A stretch of DNA of 64,000 bases from contig SVQX01000005.1 in NCBI GenBank assembly GCA_015065065.1, forward strand, positions 4,349 through 68,348, given 5' to 3'. Within the stretch, counting starts at the first letter, position 1, and each line of letters opens with the position of its first letter. The notes under the pieces were generated by a model. The model worked only from the letters and a program-made list of their open reading frames with translations. It did no database searches and was not told the origin of the DNA. Shown here piece after piece: positions 9,639-17,950 of the stretch. A program made the translations under genes and the position numbers. Source of the stretch: Oscillospiraceae bacterium (GTDB lineage: Bacteria; Bacillota; Clostridia; Oscillospirales; CAG-272).

Positions 9639-10157
9639 TCATTTGTTGTTCCAAGCGCCGCTTCCCTGTACCCTATTAAAGGATACCACACGGAATCCGC
9701 TTGCAAATTCACTACGGTATTCACCGCTCTCCAGCATAGCAGCCACAGCCGCAGTCAGGACGGCGACAAGCTCATCGTCAGAGCTTTTGCTTACAACGGC
9801 GGGAGCAGGCGCTGGCGCGCTCTTTTTGGGAGCGGGTTTCTCCGCTTTCTCTGCTTTCTCCGTTTTGGGTTCTGCTTTTTTAGCCTGCGCGGGAGCGAAA
9901 ACGTATTTCGACAGCGAGATCAGCACCGCAAGCAGAATGAGAACTGAAAATATCATAAGCATTCCCGTTACCATTCCCTGCAAGGCATAAGGAACTCTTT
10001 CCGCAAAGGTAAGATCCGCACCGTCAAGGTCACCGAGCCTTGTTTCAGCCTCTGTTACAGCGGAGGTAGAGATAGCCTCTGCATTCACGCACACCACCGT
10101 AGCGGCGACGAGAACAAGCACTGCAAGCATCAAGGCAAATATACGAATTTTCTTCAT
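9639..10157 (-). CDS. OadG-family small membrane subunit (decarboxylase gamma/delta)
   Basis: Start MKKIRIF after GCAGGAGG. N-terminal signal/TM plus a second TM, a Lys/Ala/Pro-rich linker, and the DDELVAVLTAAVAA motif typical of OadG. Confidence 0.7.
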   Translation of the reverse strand: MKKIRIFALMLAVLVLVAATVVCVNAEAISTSAVTEAETRLGDLDGADLTFAERVPYALQGMVTGMLMIFSVLILLAVLISLSKYVFAPAQAKKAEPKTEKAEKAEKPAPKKSAPAPAPAVVSKSSDDELVAVLTAAVAAMLESGEYRSEFASGFRVVSFNRVQGSGAWNNK

Positions 10158-10173
10158 TTGAGCCTCCTGCACG

Positions 10174-11502
10174 TTAAAGGGGCATACTCAGATGCTTTTT
10201 AGTGGGAGTCGCATCGGCCTTCGCGGAAAGCATATACAGTGCGGAGCATATTCTCGCGCGAAGCTCCTCGGGGGCTACGATATCGTCGATGTCACCGTTT
10301 GCCGCAGCAGCCTCGGCAGATGCATACCTTTCGGTCCACTCAGCCTCAACATCGGCGCGGGACTTATCGGCGGTTATCTTATCGTTCCAAACGAATGCAA
10401 CTGCGCGGTCGGGAGTCATAGCTCCCATCTGCGCGTCGTTTACTGCTATTGCAAGGTCTGCACCAAGTGCGCGAGATCCAAGCAACAGGAAGGGCGCTCC
10501 GAATGCCTTACCCGTGATAGCCGTCACCTTTGCGGTGGTCGCCTTGAGGTAGAGCGCGCCGAGCCTTGCGCCTGCAGTTGCAAGCTCCCTATCCTCACCC
10601 TCGGCAACACCAAGACTGTCGATCAAGGTCACGACGGGAATATTGAAGCTGTCGCAGAGCTTTACAAGTCTTGCCGCCTGCTTTGCCCCCGCGGAGGTAA
10701 GTCTGCCGCCGTCTGTCTTTGCGTCAGTCGCAACAACACCTGCAAGTCTGCCGCCGATATGGCAAAGAGCGGTCACAACTCCGTCAGCGTCGTTTGCATA
10801 AAGCTGAGTAACAGCGCCGCCGTCGGCAATAGCCGCTACGAGGTCAAGTCCGGACATTCCGTCAATATTGCAAGCCCGTGCAGGATCGTCAAGCGGTGCT
10901 ACATCCGCAACGCTCTTATTATTTTGCGGAAGGATATCAATAAGTGCGCGCACCTTCGCCGCGCCGTCAGCCTCGTTTGAAGCCTTGACTGCGGGAATAT
11001 CAAGCTCGCATCCTGTATTGACGTAAAGCTCGGACACGCCGTCAACGGTAACGGTTATATCGAACATTGCCGCGATCGTAGCGGAAATACCGGAGCAAAC
11101 GCCCGTGATATACGCGATCTGCGGAACTACGCCGGATGCGTCGGACACGCATTTCATTACCTTTCCGTAAGCCGCAAGCGCCGCTGTGCCGTCATACACG
11201 GAAGCTCCTGCGCTGTCGAACACTCCAACGACGGGTGCGCCGTTATTTATCGCCTGTTCGTACAGACGTCTGATCTTCTCCGCTCCGATATCGTCAAGTG
11301 CGCCGCTCGTGCGGCTCATATCCTGAACGAAAGCGAAGGTAAGCTTTGAATTTACAGCGCCGTAGCCGCAGATCACTGCGTCGTACTCGCCTGCATCTCC
11401 GTTTGCGTCGCGGCGACGAAGATGAGCGCCAAGCTCAACAAACGTCCCCGGCTCAAACAGTGATACGATCTTTTCGTACCCTTTGGTTTCCTTGTTAGCC
11501 AT
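10174..11502 (-). CDS. Divergent acyl-CoA carboxyltransferase (12S/MmdA/GcdA-like carboxyl_transferase domain)
   Basis: Trimmed to MANKETKGYEKIV (RBS GAAAGGG). It shows the two-lobed carboxyltransferase pattern. At 442 aa it is shorter than the usual ~510 aa, and it carries DSAGASVYDG where DSGGARIQEG is expected. Confidence 0.75.
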   Translation of the reverse strand: MANKETKGYEKIVSLFEPGTFVELGAHLRRRDANGDAGEYDAVICGYGAVNSKLTFAFVQDMSRTSGALDDIGAEKIRRLYEQAINNGAPVVGVFDSAGASVYDGTAALAAYGKVMKCVSDASGVVPQIAYITGVCSGISATIAAMFDITVTVDGVSELYVNTGCELDIPAVKASNEADGAAKVRALIDILPQNNKSVADVAPLDDPARACNIDGMSGLDLVAAIADGGAVTQLYANDADGVVTALCHIGGRLAGVVATDAKTDGGRLTSAGAKQAARLVKLCDSFNIPVVTLIDSLGVAEGEDRELATAGARLGALYLKATTAKVTAITGKAFGAPFLLLGSRALGADLAIAVNDAQMGAMTPDRAVAFVWNDKITADKSRADVEAEWTERYASAEAAAANGDIDDIVAPEELRARICSALYMLSAKADATPTKKHLSMPL

Positions 11503-11547
11503 ACTGTTAATTACCCTTTCCTTTCCCTGTCGGCACATTTTGAGGTT

Positions 11548-11582
11548 AAAAAACGCCTTCAAGTCTTGTGCGGAGAAGGCGC
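11548..11582 (-). terminator. Terminator-like hairpin inside the 5' leader of the decarboxylase operon
   Basis: On the minus strand GCGCCTTC-(14 nt)-GAAGGCGT followed by TTTTTT. It lies between the predicted promoter (11643-11671) and the first start codon (11502). Confidence 0.5.
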
Positions 11583-11642
11583 AAAAAAGTGAGTTCCTCC
11601 ATCTTTTTCGCGATATAAACCTTCTACCCCAATTTACTATAA

Positions 11643-11671
11643 ATGATAACACAAAATCAATATTTTGTCAA
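11643..11671 (-). promoter_or_regulatory. Sigma-A-type promoter of the decarboxylase operon
   Basis: On the minus strand TTGACA (11671-11666), 17 nt, TATCAT (11648-11643). Confidence 0.5.
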
Positions 11672-11854
11672 CTGAGTTATATATTACTTATGTAAATATT
11701 TTTTGAATACGCGCGCACGCGCGCGAAAAATATTCGAAAAAGCTGCTTTTTTTCAACTTTTGCTCTCTCCGCACTTGAAATAATTATAGAATTGTGGTAT
11801 CATAATGTATTGTAGATGTATTTTTGCGTCTTATTCAGCGAAAGGGCTTTTATC

Positions 11855-12670
11855 ATGATAATAGATTTTCACACTCACTGCTTCCCCGACGCGCTTGCGC
11901 CACGCGCCATTGAGCAGCTCAATATCAACTCACGGCATGCAAATCTTGTATCCCACACTGACGGCACGGCGGGCGATCTCGTCCGTTCCATGGACGAATT
12001 CGGGATTGACTACTCGGTGGTCTGCAACATAGCTACAAACCCCCGTCAGATGCACAACGTCAACAGCTTTGCGATCTCCCTTCTTTCGACTCATCCAAGG
12101 CTTATTCCGCTTGGCTCGCTCCACCCCGACGGTGAGGATCTTGAGGGTGAGGCGGCACGGCTTACAGCAGCGGGCATCAAGGGCATCAAAATTCACCCCG
12201 ACTATATCAAAACTCACCTTGATTCGCCTTCCTTTGACAGGATGTTTGATATATGCCGCGACGCGGGACTTTTCGTCATTTCCCACACGGGCTATGATCC
12301 CATTTCCCCCGACCACTATCACGCAACACCCGATATGATACTCAGCGTTATCAAGCGCCATCCGGGTCTTAAATTCATAGCCGCGCATATTGGCGGAGTT
12401 GGAAGCGAGGAGGAAGCCCTTGAGAAACTGGTCGGTGAGGACTTATATCTCGACACCTCTCTTGTGTCACTGCGCCCTCAGAGGGCAGATATCATATACA
12501 AGATACTGAACGGTCACGACCGCGAAAGGCTGCTTTTCGGAACGGACACCCCTTGGACTCAGCCGAGCGAGGAAATTGAATTTATAAATCGGGCGAGCAT
12601 ATCCGACGACTTGCGGGACAGAATATTCCATGGGAATGCGGAGCGCTTGCTCGGAAAGGTATTTGAATGA
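11855..12670 (+). CDS. Amidohydrolase-2/TatD-like metal-dependent hydrolase
   Basis: Start MIIDFHTHCFPD (HxH motif) after AAAGGG. 271 aa. ATGA overlap with truB. Confidence 0.75.
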   Translation: MIIDFHTHCFPDALAPRAIEQLNINSRHANLVSHTDGTAGDLVRSMDEFGIDYSVVCNIATNPRQMHNVNSFAISLLSTHPRLIPLGSLHPDGEDLEGEAARLTAAGIKGIKIHPDYIKTHLDSPSFDRMFDICRDAGLFVISHTGYDPISPDHYHATPDMILSVIKRHPGLKFIAAHIGGVGSEEEALEKLVGEDLYLDTSLVSLRPQRADIIYKILNGHDRERLLFGTDTPWTQPSEEIEFINRASISDDLRDRIFHGNAERLLGKVFE

Positions 12671-13620
12671 GCAATACGGCAAATCATGAGCCTTGCGGCG
12701 TTCTGCTTGTGGACAAGCCCGCGGGCATGACCTCTCACGACGTTATTTACAAGGTGCGAAAGGCTTACAACACCCGTCGCGTGGGACACACGGGCACGCT
12801 TGACCCTATGGCTACGGGCGTTCTTGTAGTGCTTGTGGGGAGAGCGGCTAAGGCGTGCGAATATCTCGCCCACGACGAAAAGGAGTATATTGCCACCTTG
12901 CGCCTCGGCATCATCACCGACACCGAGGACACAAGCGGAAATATACTCGTGCAGTCTCCCGAGGCAGATATTCCAAGCTATAAAAAAGTCCTTGAAGCGG
13001 TTGAACAATTCAAGGGCGATACATATCAGGTTCCACCGATGTACAGTGCCTTGAAGGTGGGTGGACAAAAGCTGTGCGATCTCGCGCGAAAGGGTCAGAC
13101 GGTTGAGCGCAGGGCGCGTAGAATAACCGTTTTTGATATTGAAGCGACGCCGACGGACACTCCTACGGATTATACCCTCCGCGTGCGCTGCTCGGGCGGA
13201 ACTTACATACGCACCTTGTGCGCTGACATTGGCGCGGCTCTCGGAGTCGGCGGTGCTATGGCAAGCCTACGCCGCACCGAAACGGGCGGCTTTCCCATCA
13301 CAAAATGCTATACGCTTGAACAGCTTTCAAGCATGGATTCGGAAGCTTTAGAGGCTTTGCTTTTACCCGTCGAGTCACTGTTCTCCGATCTTGCGGCTAT
13401 CACTCCCCCACCCTTTTACGTAAAGCTGTCGCGCAGTGGTTGCGTGATATATCAAAAAAAGATAGGCACGTCATTTCCGCTCGGCACTCGCGTACGTCTG
13501 TACGACTCGGAGCGCGGCGGTGAATTCTACGCCATCGGCGAGGTGGGCGACTACCCCGACTCCGCCGCACCCGACGGAGATGTGAGCGCTATCAAAATAA
13601 TTAAGCTGTTTTCAATTTAA
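12667..13620 (+). CDS. truB: tRNA pseudouridine(55) synthase
   Basis: GVLLVDKPAGMTSHDVIYKVRKAYNTRRVGHTGTLDPMATGVLVVLVG contains the catalytic-Asp motif of TruB. Confidence 0.92.
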   Translation: MSNTANHEPCGVLLVDKPAGMTSHDVIYKVRKAYNTRRVGHTGTLDPMATGVLVVLVGRAAKACEYLAHDEKEYIATLRLGIITDTEDTSGNILVQSPEADIPSYKKVLEAVEQFKGDTYQVPPMYSALKVGGQKLCDLARKGQTVERRARRITVFDIEATPTDTPTDYTLRVRCSGGTYIRTLCADIGAALGVGGAMASLRRTETGGFPITKCYTLEQLSSMDSEALEALLLPVESLFSDLAAITPPPFYVKLSRSGCVIYQKKIGTSFPLGTRVRLYDSERGGEFYAIGEVGDYPDSAAPDGDVSAIKIIKLFSI

Positions 13621-13625
13621 AAAGA

Positions 13626-13663
13626 ATAAGCGGCGGTGATCCTTTCGGATTACCGCCGCTTAT
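13626..13663. terminator. Bidirectional intrinsic terminator between truB and rpmA
   Basis: ~17-bp stem ATAAGCGGCGGTGATCC-tttc-GGATTACCGCCGCTTAT, between convergent genes. Confidence 0.8.
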
Positions 13664-13675
13664 ACCTTTCACAGA

Positions 13676-13957
13676 TTACTCAGCAGCGTATACGCTTACT
13701 CTCTTCTGTGTTCTTGTTGCATGCTCAAACTTTACCTTACCGTCGATAAGAGCGAACAGAGTGTGATCCTTACCCATGCCAACATTGTTGCCGGGGCGGA
13801 TAGCCGTTCCTCTCTGACGTACGATAATGTTGCCGGCTACTACTGCCTGACCGTCAGCCTTCTTAACGCCCAAGCGCTTGGACTCGCTGTCACGGCCGTT
13901 CTTAGTAGAACCTACACCCTTTTTGTGAGCAAAAAACTGCAAACTGAGCTTTAACAT
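13676..13957 (-). CDS. rpmA: 50S ribosomal protein L27 with N-terminal propeptide
   Basis: [32 protein letters not shown]. The MLKLSLQFF extension before AHKKG is the Firmicute Prp-cleaved propeptide. Confidence 0.95.
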   Translation of the reverse strand: MLKLSLQFFAHKKGVGSTKNGRDSESKRLGVKKADGQAVVAGNIIVRQRGTAIRPGNNVGMGKDHTLFALIDGKVKFEHATRTQKRVSVYAAE

Positions 13958-14033
13958 CTTTCTACCTCCAAATTATCCGTTTTGAATTTTTGTGTTGCCC
14001 TTTCGGGCTTTCTCTACAACGGTAGTACTTAAA

Positions 14034-14396
14034 TCAGTCCTCGTATTCGCGGTTTATAACCTTGACGTCGAGATAATCTCCGTACTCCTCCAGCATATCG
14101 GTAAGCTGCTGGTAATATCCCAGAAAGATTCCCGATACGGCGTATCGCTTAAAGTCGTCCTCCTCAAATTCGGGGAGTGCCGACTTACACTTCACGCGAA
14201 CCGTTGTGGTGTTGTCGTCTATTTCATACTCAATGCGAGATGCATAGGCGACCTCGACGGTGTTTATCAGAAACATTGACATAGCCGAGATCGCTGCGCA
14301 GAGAACATCGCCGCCCTCCTCGCCATATCCCGTATGTCCCTTTTCCTCAAAACCGTAGAAAATTCCGTCGCTTCGAAAAAAAGTGATCCTTGTCAT
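14034..14396 (-). CDS. prp: Ribosomal-processing cysteine protease Prp
   Basis: MTRITFFRSDGIFYGFEEKGHTGYGEEGGDVLCAAISAMS has the His/Cys dyad context. Located between rplU and rpmA. Confidence 0.9.
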   Translation of the reverse strand: MTRITFFRSDGIFYGFEEKGHTGYGEEGGDVLCAAISAMSMFLINTVEVAYASRIEYEIDDNTTTVRVKCKSALPEFEEDDFKRYAVSGIFLGYYQQLTDMLEEYGDYLDVKVINREYED

Positions 14397-14423
14397 AACA
14401 GAATCCTTTACCGACAGAGCTTA

Positions 14424-14732
14424 TCAGCCCTCGATAGCGGTGATCTGTACCTTGGTGAAGGGCTGTCTGTGGCCCATCTTCTTCTTTTCGTTCTTCTTGG
14501 ACTTGTACTTCATAACGTAGACCTTCTTGCCCTTACCGTTAAGAAGCACCTTGCCTGTTACCTTTGCATCGGCAACAGTGGGAGTGCCTGCCTTGAAGCC
14601 TGCATCGGTGGAGAGTGCGACTACGTCAAACGTAACCTCAGTTCCCTCTTCAACGTTCAGCTTCTCGACATAGATGATGTCCTGCTCGGTGACCTTGTAC
14701 TGCTTTCCGCCTGTAGTAATTACAGCAAACAT
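14424..14732 (-). CDS. rplU: 50S ribosomal protein L21
   Basis: Start MFAVITTGGKQYKV after GAGGTG. Confidence 0.95.
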   Translation of the reverse strand: MFAVITTGGKQYKVTEQDIIYVEKLNVEEGTEVTFDVVALSTDAGFKAGTPTVADAKVTGKVLLNGKGKKVYVMKYKSKKNEKKKMGHRQPFTKVQITAIEG

Positions 14733-14741
14733 GAAAAGCAC

Positions 14742-14857
14742 CTCGTTTCTTTAAGACTCGCTAACGGGGCGGCGCAAAAACACGGAGTTTTTGACACACT
14801 TAAAAAAGCCCTTTTTAAGCGGCAAATTATTATAACATACAAATCTTCCCTTGTCAA
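14742..14857 (-). promoter_or_regulatory. rplU promoter plus ~85-nt leader (possible L21 leader-type autoregulatory RNA)
   Basis: On the minus strand TTGACA (14857-14852), 17 nt, TATAAT (14834-14829). The leader contains hairpin CTTAAAAA-gggc-TTTTTAAG. Firmicute rplU operons are known to carry an L21 leader. Confidence 0.45.
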
Positions 14858-15003
14858 TAGGTTTTTTCGACTTTTTTAGAAAAACGGGAAAATTTATTTT
14901 TCTTGTGACATCGGTGCAGTAAATTGCAAAAAATGTATTGAAAACAGCAAGCTTATCTTATATAATATAGTTATAGAAAATTTTAAGGAGGTGGGCTTGC
15001 ATC

Positions 15004-15807
15004 ATGATTTCCTTTGAGAATTGCATTGAGGAAATAGAAAACAACCTTGCCGGAGAGATCGATATTGAGCGGTTGGCAAAAATGGCAAAGCTCTCCGTCT
15101 ACGAATTCCGCAGAATATTTTCGTTTGTGGCAGGGCTTCCGCTGAGCGAATATATTCGCAAAAGAAGACTGTCCCTCGCCATATTTGACCTTATGGATAC
15201 CGAGGCATCCATTACGGATATTGCCGCCAAATACGGCTACGACTCCTCTTCCTCCTTTTCGCGCGCATTTAGGGATTTTCACGGCATCTCCCCCAGCGAC
15301 GTCAAAAAGGGCAACTGTCGCTTCAATCTTATGACACGGATCACGGCAGAAATAGTTTTACAGGGTGGAAAGGATATTTCCTACTCCGTCGAGGACGAGC
15401 CTGAATTCTGCATTTACGGTATTTGCGGAGAGTCGAATATTGAGGACACCGAGTGCTGTGAGCAGGTATGGAATCAATACTCCGACGCGCCAGAGGGAGC
15501 GGACAGAGTCTTTGCCGCTTACCAAAATCACGGCAACAGTGTTATGTGCTACATAGGCTCAACGACTCCGACGGATAATTCGACGTCGTATACAATTCCC
15601 GCATCGCGCTGGGTAAAGTTTGACCGCGTTGGGACAGACGATGCGGCAGTCAATGAGTTTTACCGTGACGTGCTTAGCGGCTGGTTCCGTTCAACCGGAC
15701 TTATCCGCCGCGCGAAGCTTCCCAACGTGGAGGTGTACCCCGCCGATATGAGCGAGGACAACTTCGCTTGGCAAATATGGATTCCGATCGAAAACATTCA
15801 AGAATAA
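15004..15807 (+). CDS. AraC/MarA-family regulator with GyrI-like effector-binding domain
   Basis: The N-terminal HTH region reads ...ITDIAAKYGYDSSSSFSRAFRDFHGISPSDVKKG. The C-terminal ~150 aa look GyrI/SOUL-like. Confidence 0.8.
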   Translation: MISFENCIEEIENNLAGEIDIERLAKMAKLSVYEFRRIFSFVAGLPLSEYIRKRRLSLAIFDLMDTEASITDIAAKYGYDSSSSFSRAFRDFHGISPSDVKKGNCRFNLMTRITAEIVLQGGKDISYSVEDEPEFCIYGICGESNIEDTECCEQVWNQYSDAPEGADRVFAAYQNHGNSVMCYIGSTTPTDNSTSYTIPASRWVKFDRVGTDDAAVNEFYRDVLSGWFRSTGLIRRAKLPNVEVYPADMSEDNFAWQIWIPIENIQE

Positions 15808-15824
15808 GTATAACGGAGGATTTT

Positions 15825-16541
15825 ATGAACAATTTGCAAAACAAGGTAGTATTTTTGACAGGCGGCTCCAGCGGCTACGGCAAGGCGACCGCCAAGGCGT
15901 TGACGGAGGCGGGCGCAAAGGTGGTCATCGCCGCGAGAAACGAAAAAAATCTCGCCGCCGCAAAGGAGGAGATCGGATGCGACGGTATGCTGGCAATGGA
16001 CGTGACCTCCTTTTCCGACTGGGAAAAAGCCAAAAAATATATGCTGGACAACTACGGCGGCATTGATATTCTCATAAACAATGCAGGCGGCGGCGTTTCC
16101 ATCAAGGACACCGTCGATCAGGAGGTAAGCGACATTGACCGCACCATCACCCTCAACCTGAACAGTGCCATTTATGGTTCAAAGGTGTTTGGGGATATTA
16201 TGAAATCCAACCGCCGCGGCACTATCATCAATTTCTCCTCGGTATGCGCCAAGGAGGCTTGGGCAGGCTGGACGGTATACGCCGCTTCTAAGTGGGGAGT
16301 CCTTGGATTTTCAAAGGGACTATACGTGGAAATGCGCCCTTATAACGTGCGAGTAAGCTGTGTTATTCCCGCAGCTGCAAGCACGGGCTTCCAGCGTAAT
16401 GCGGGAATAGGCGACGTAGATAATCTGCTTCAGCCCGAGGATATCGCAAGCACCGTTTTGTACATATGCTCCCTGCCCGACCACGCGGTGGTTGAGGAGG
16501 TTACGGTCTGGGGAATCGACCAAGAGGTCAATCCGCTTTAA
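15825..16541 (+). CDS. SDR-family oxidoreductase
   Basis: Start MNNLQNKVVFLTGGSSGYGKA (TGxxxGxG) after GGAGG. YAASKWG (YxxxK) is present. Confidence 0.85.
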   Translation: MNNLQNKVVFLTGGSSGYGKATAKALTEAGAKVVIAARNEKNLAAAKEEIGCDGMLAMDVTSFSDWEKAKKYMLDNYGGIDILINNAGGGVSIKDTVDQEVSDIDRTITLNLNSAIYGSKVFGDIMKSNRRGTIINFSSVCAKEAWAGWTVYAASKWGVLGFSKGLYVEMRPYNVRVSCVIPAAASTGFQRNAGIGDVDNLLQPEDIASTVLYICSLPDHAVVEEVTVWGIDQEVNPL

Positions 16542-16544
16542 ATC

Positions 16545-17924
16545 ATGAGAAGCATAAAAACAGAGGTCTGTATTGTCGGCGCGGGTGCGGGCGGATTTGG
16601 ATGCCTTTACCGACTTATTACGAACAGAATACGCGCGGTTATCGTTGACGAAAACGACGGATTTGGCGGTACGGCGGTCTTCGGAGGTGTTCACTGCTGG
16701 GAGCCGGGCGTCAGTCTTGACGGAGCTCACCGCACTATTGCAGAGCGATTGAGCAATATGCCAAACGCCGCCTCGGTATGTAAAACGGTACCAAATTTCC
16801 GTCTGCTTGAGGGCAAGGACGGTCATTCCTTTGAAAAGTACCCTTGGGGCTTGTCGGTTTGCGCCGATGATGATTATAACTCGACTCTGAAGCGTTGCAG
16901 ACTGCTTACGAATAGCGACTTCAGCAGCCACAGACGTTTTCAGTTTGAAGGCGACGCTATGGCCGCCGTTATGGATGAGCTTACCCAAAGTCCATTTTGC
17001 ACAAAGCTTTTCGGTTATAAATTTTTTGATGCCAATACCTGCGGTGAAAAAATAGAATACGTGACCGTATCAAACGGTGACGAGGTAGTTCGGATATATG
17101 CGGACACCTTTGTGGACAGCACGGGCAGTATTATTCTTGCACGCGCTGTGGGATGTAAGACAACCGTCGGCTCGGAGCCCTACTCGGAGTACGGCGAGCC
17201 GTCAGCACCCGATACCGCAGATATGTGCATCAACGGCGTCACATTTGTTTTCCGCATCGCAAAGAAGGAAGCATCGGACGGTAAATTTGATTTTGATCTT
17301 CCGCCCGACACCGAAAACAAAAGCACGGTCTCCTGCTTTAATACCTATCCTAACGGGGATATAAACGTAAATATGCTCCCCACTATGTCGGGCGAGGAAT
17401 ATCTGAGTCTTGAGGATGCGGATGCGGTCGGTGTCCAAAGAGTTCAGAAATATTGGAACTATCTGCAACGAAAAAAAGGAATGGACGGCTATACGATGAC
17501 GGAAATTTTCAAGCCCGCCATCCGCGAAGATTACCGTCTTGTCGGAAAATTTGTTCTTACGGAAAATCATTTACTGCAAGGAATATTGGCGCAGGCAAAG
17601 GACGGTAATATCATTGCCGTTGCCGATCACGCCATGGACATTCACGGCAAAAAAGGTCGCTGTAGCGAGTTGGATATACCCTACGGTATCCCCGTTGACT
17701 GCGCTATCCCTCAGGAGTGTTCCAACCTGCTTGTGGCTTGCCGCGGCGCTTCATTCAGCCATATCGCGGCATCAAGCGCACGGCTTACCCGAACTATGAT
17801 ATCCTTTGGCGAGGGTGTTGGCGAATATATTTCCGAAATGAAGAAAAACGGCGTTTTCACAAACACGGTGCAGGGCGCGAGAGTTGATGAATTCTGCGCG
17901 TGGATACAGAGCATCAAGGTATAA
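16545..17924 (+). CDS. FAD-dependent oxidoreductase (FAD_oxidored-like)
   Basis: N-terminal VCIVGAGAGGFG dinucleotide-binding motif. 459 aa. Confidence 0.7.
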   Translation: MRSIKTEVCIVGAGAGGFGCLYRLITNRIRAVIVDENDGFGGTAVFGGVHCWEPGVSLDGAHRTIAERLSNMPNAASVCKTVPNFRLLEGKDGHSFEKYPWGLSVCADDDYNSTLKRCRLLTNSDFSSHRRFQFEGDAMAAVMDELTQSPFCTKLFGYKFFDANTCGEKIEYVTVSNGDEVVRIYADTFVDSTGSIILARAVGCKTTVGSEPYSEYGEPSAPDTADMCINGVTFVFRIAKKEASDGKFDFDLPPDTENKSTVSCFNTYPNGDINVNMLPTMSGEEYLSLEDADAVGVQRVQKYWNYLQRKKGMDGYTMTEIFKPAIREDYRLVGKFVLTENHLLQGILAQAKDGNIIAVADHAMDIHGKKGRCSELDIPYGIPVDCAIPQECSNLLVACRGASFSHIAASSARLTRTMISFGEGVGEYISEMKKNGVFTNTVQGARVDEFCAWIQSIKV

Positions 17925-17950
17925 AAATCAATAGTTCGAAAGGGAAAATT

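Noticed and set aside
10174-11652. N-terminal extensions in the ORF track for many genes, e.g. 50 extra codons on the carboxyltransferase, 41 on nrdD (20878..23397), 44 on the licC-like gene and 22 on the Mbeg1-like gene.
   Set aside because: In each case an internal ATG or GTG is preceded at 5-12 nt by a GGAGG/AAAGGA-type RBS and coincides with the conserved family N-terminus. The extensions run through promoters or terminators. Starts were trimmed accordingly, though they remain predictions.
16320-16988. A 222-aa minus-strand ORF overlapping the SDR and FAD-oxidoreductase genes.
   Set aside because: It is antisense to two plus-strand genes with clear family motifs, and it has no RBS or recognisable domains.
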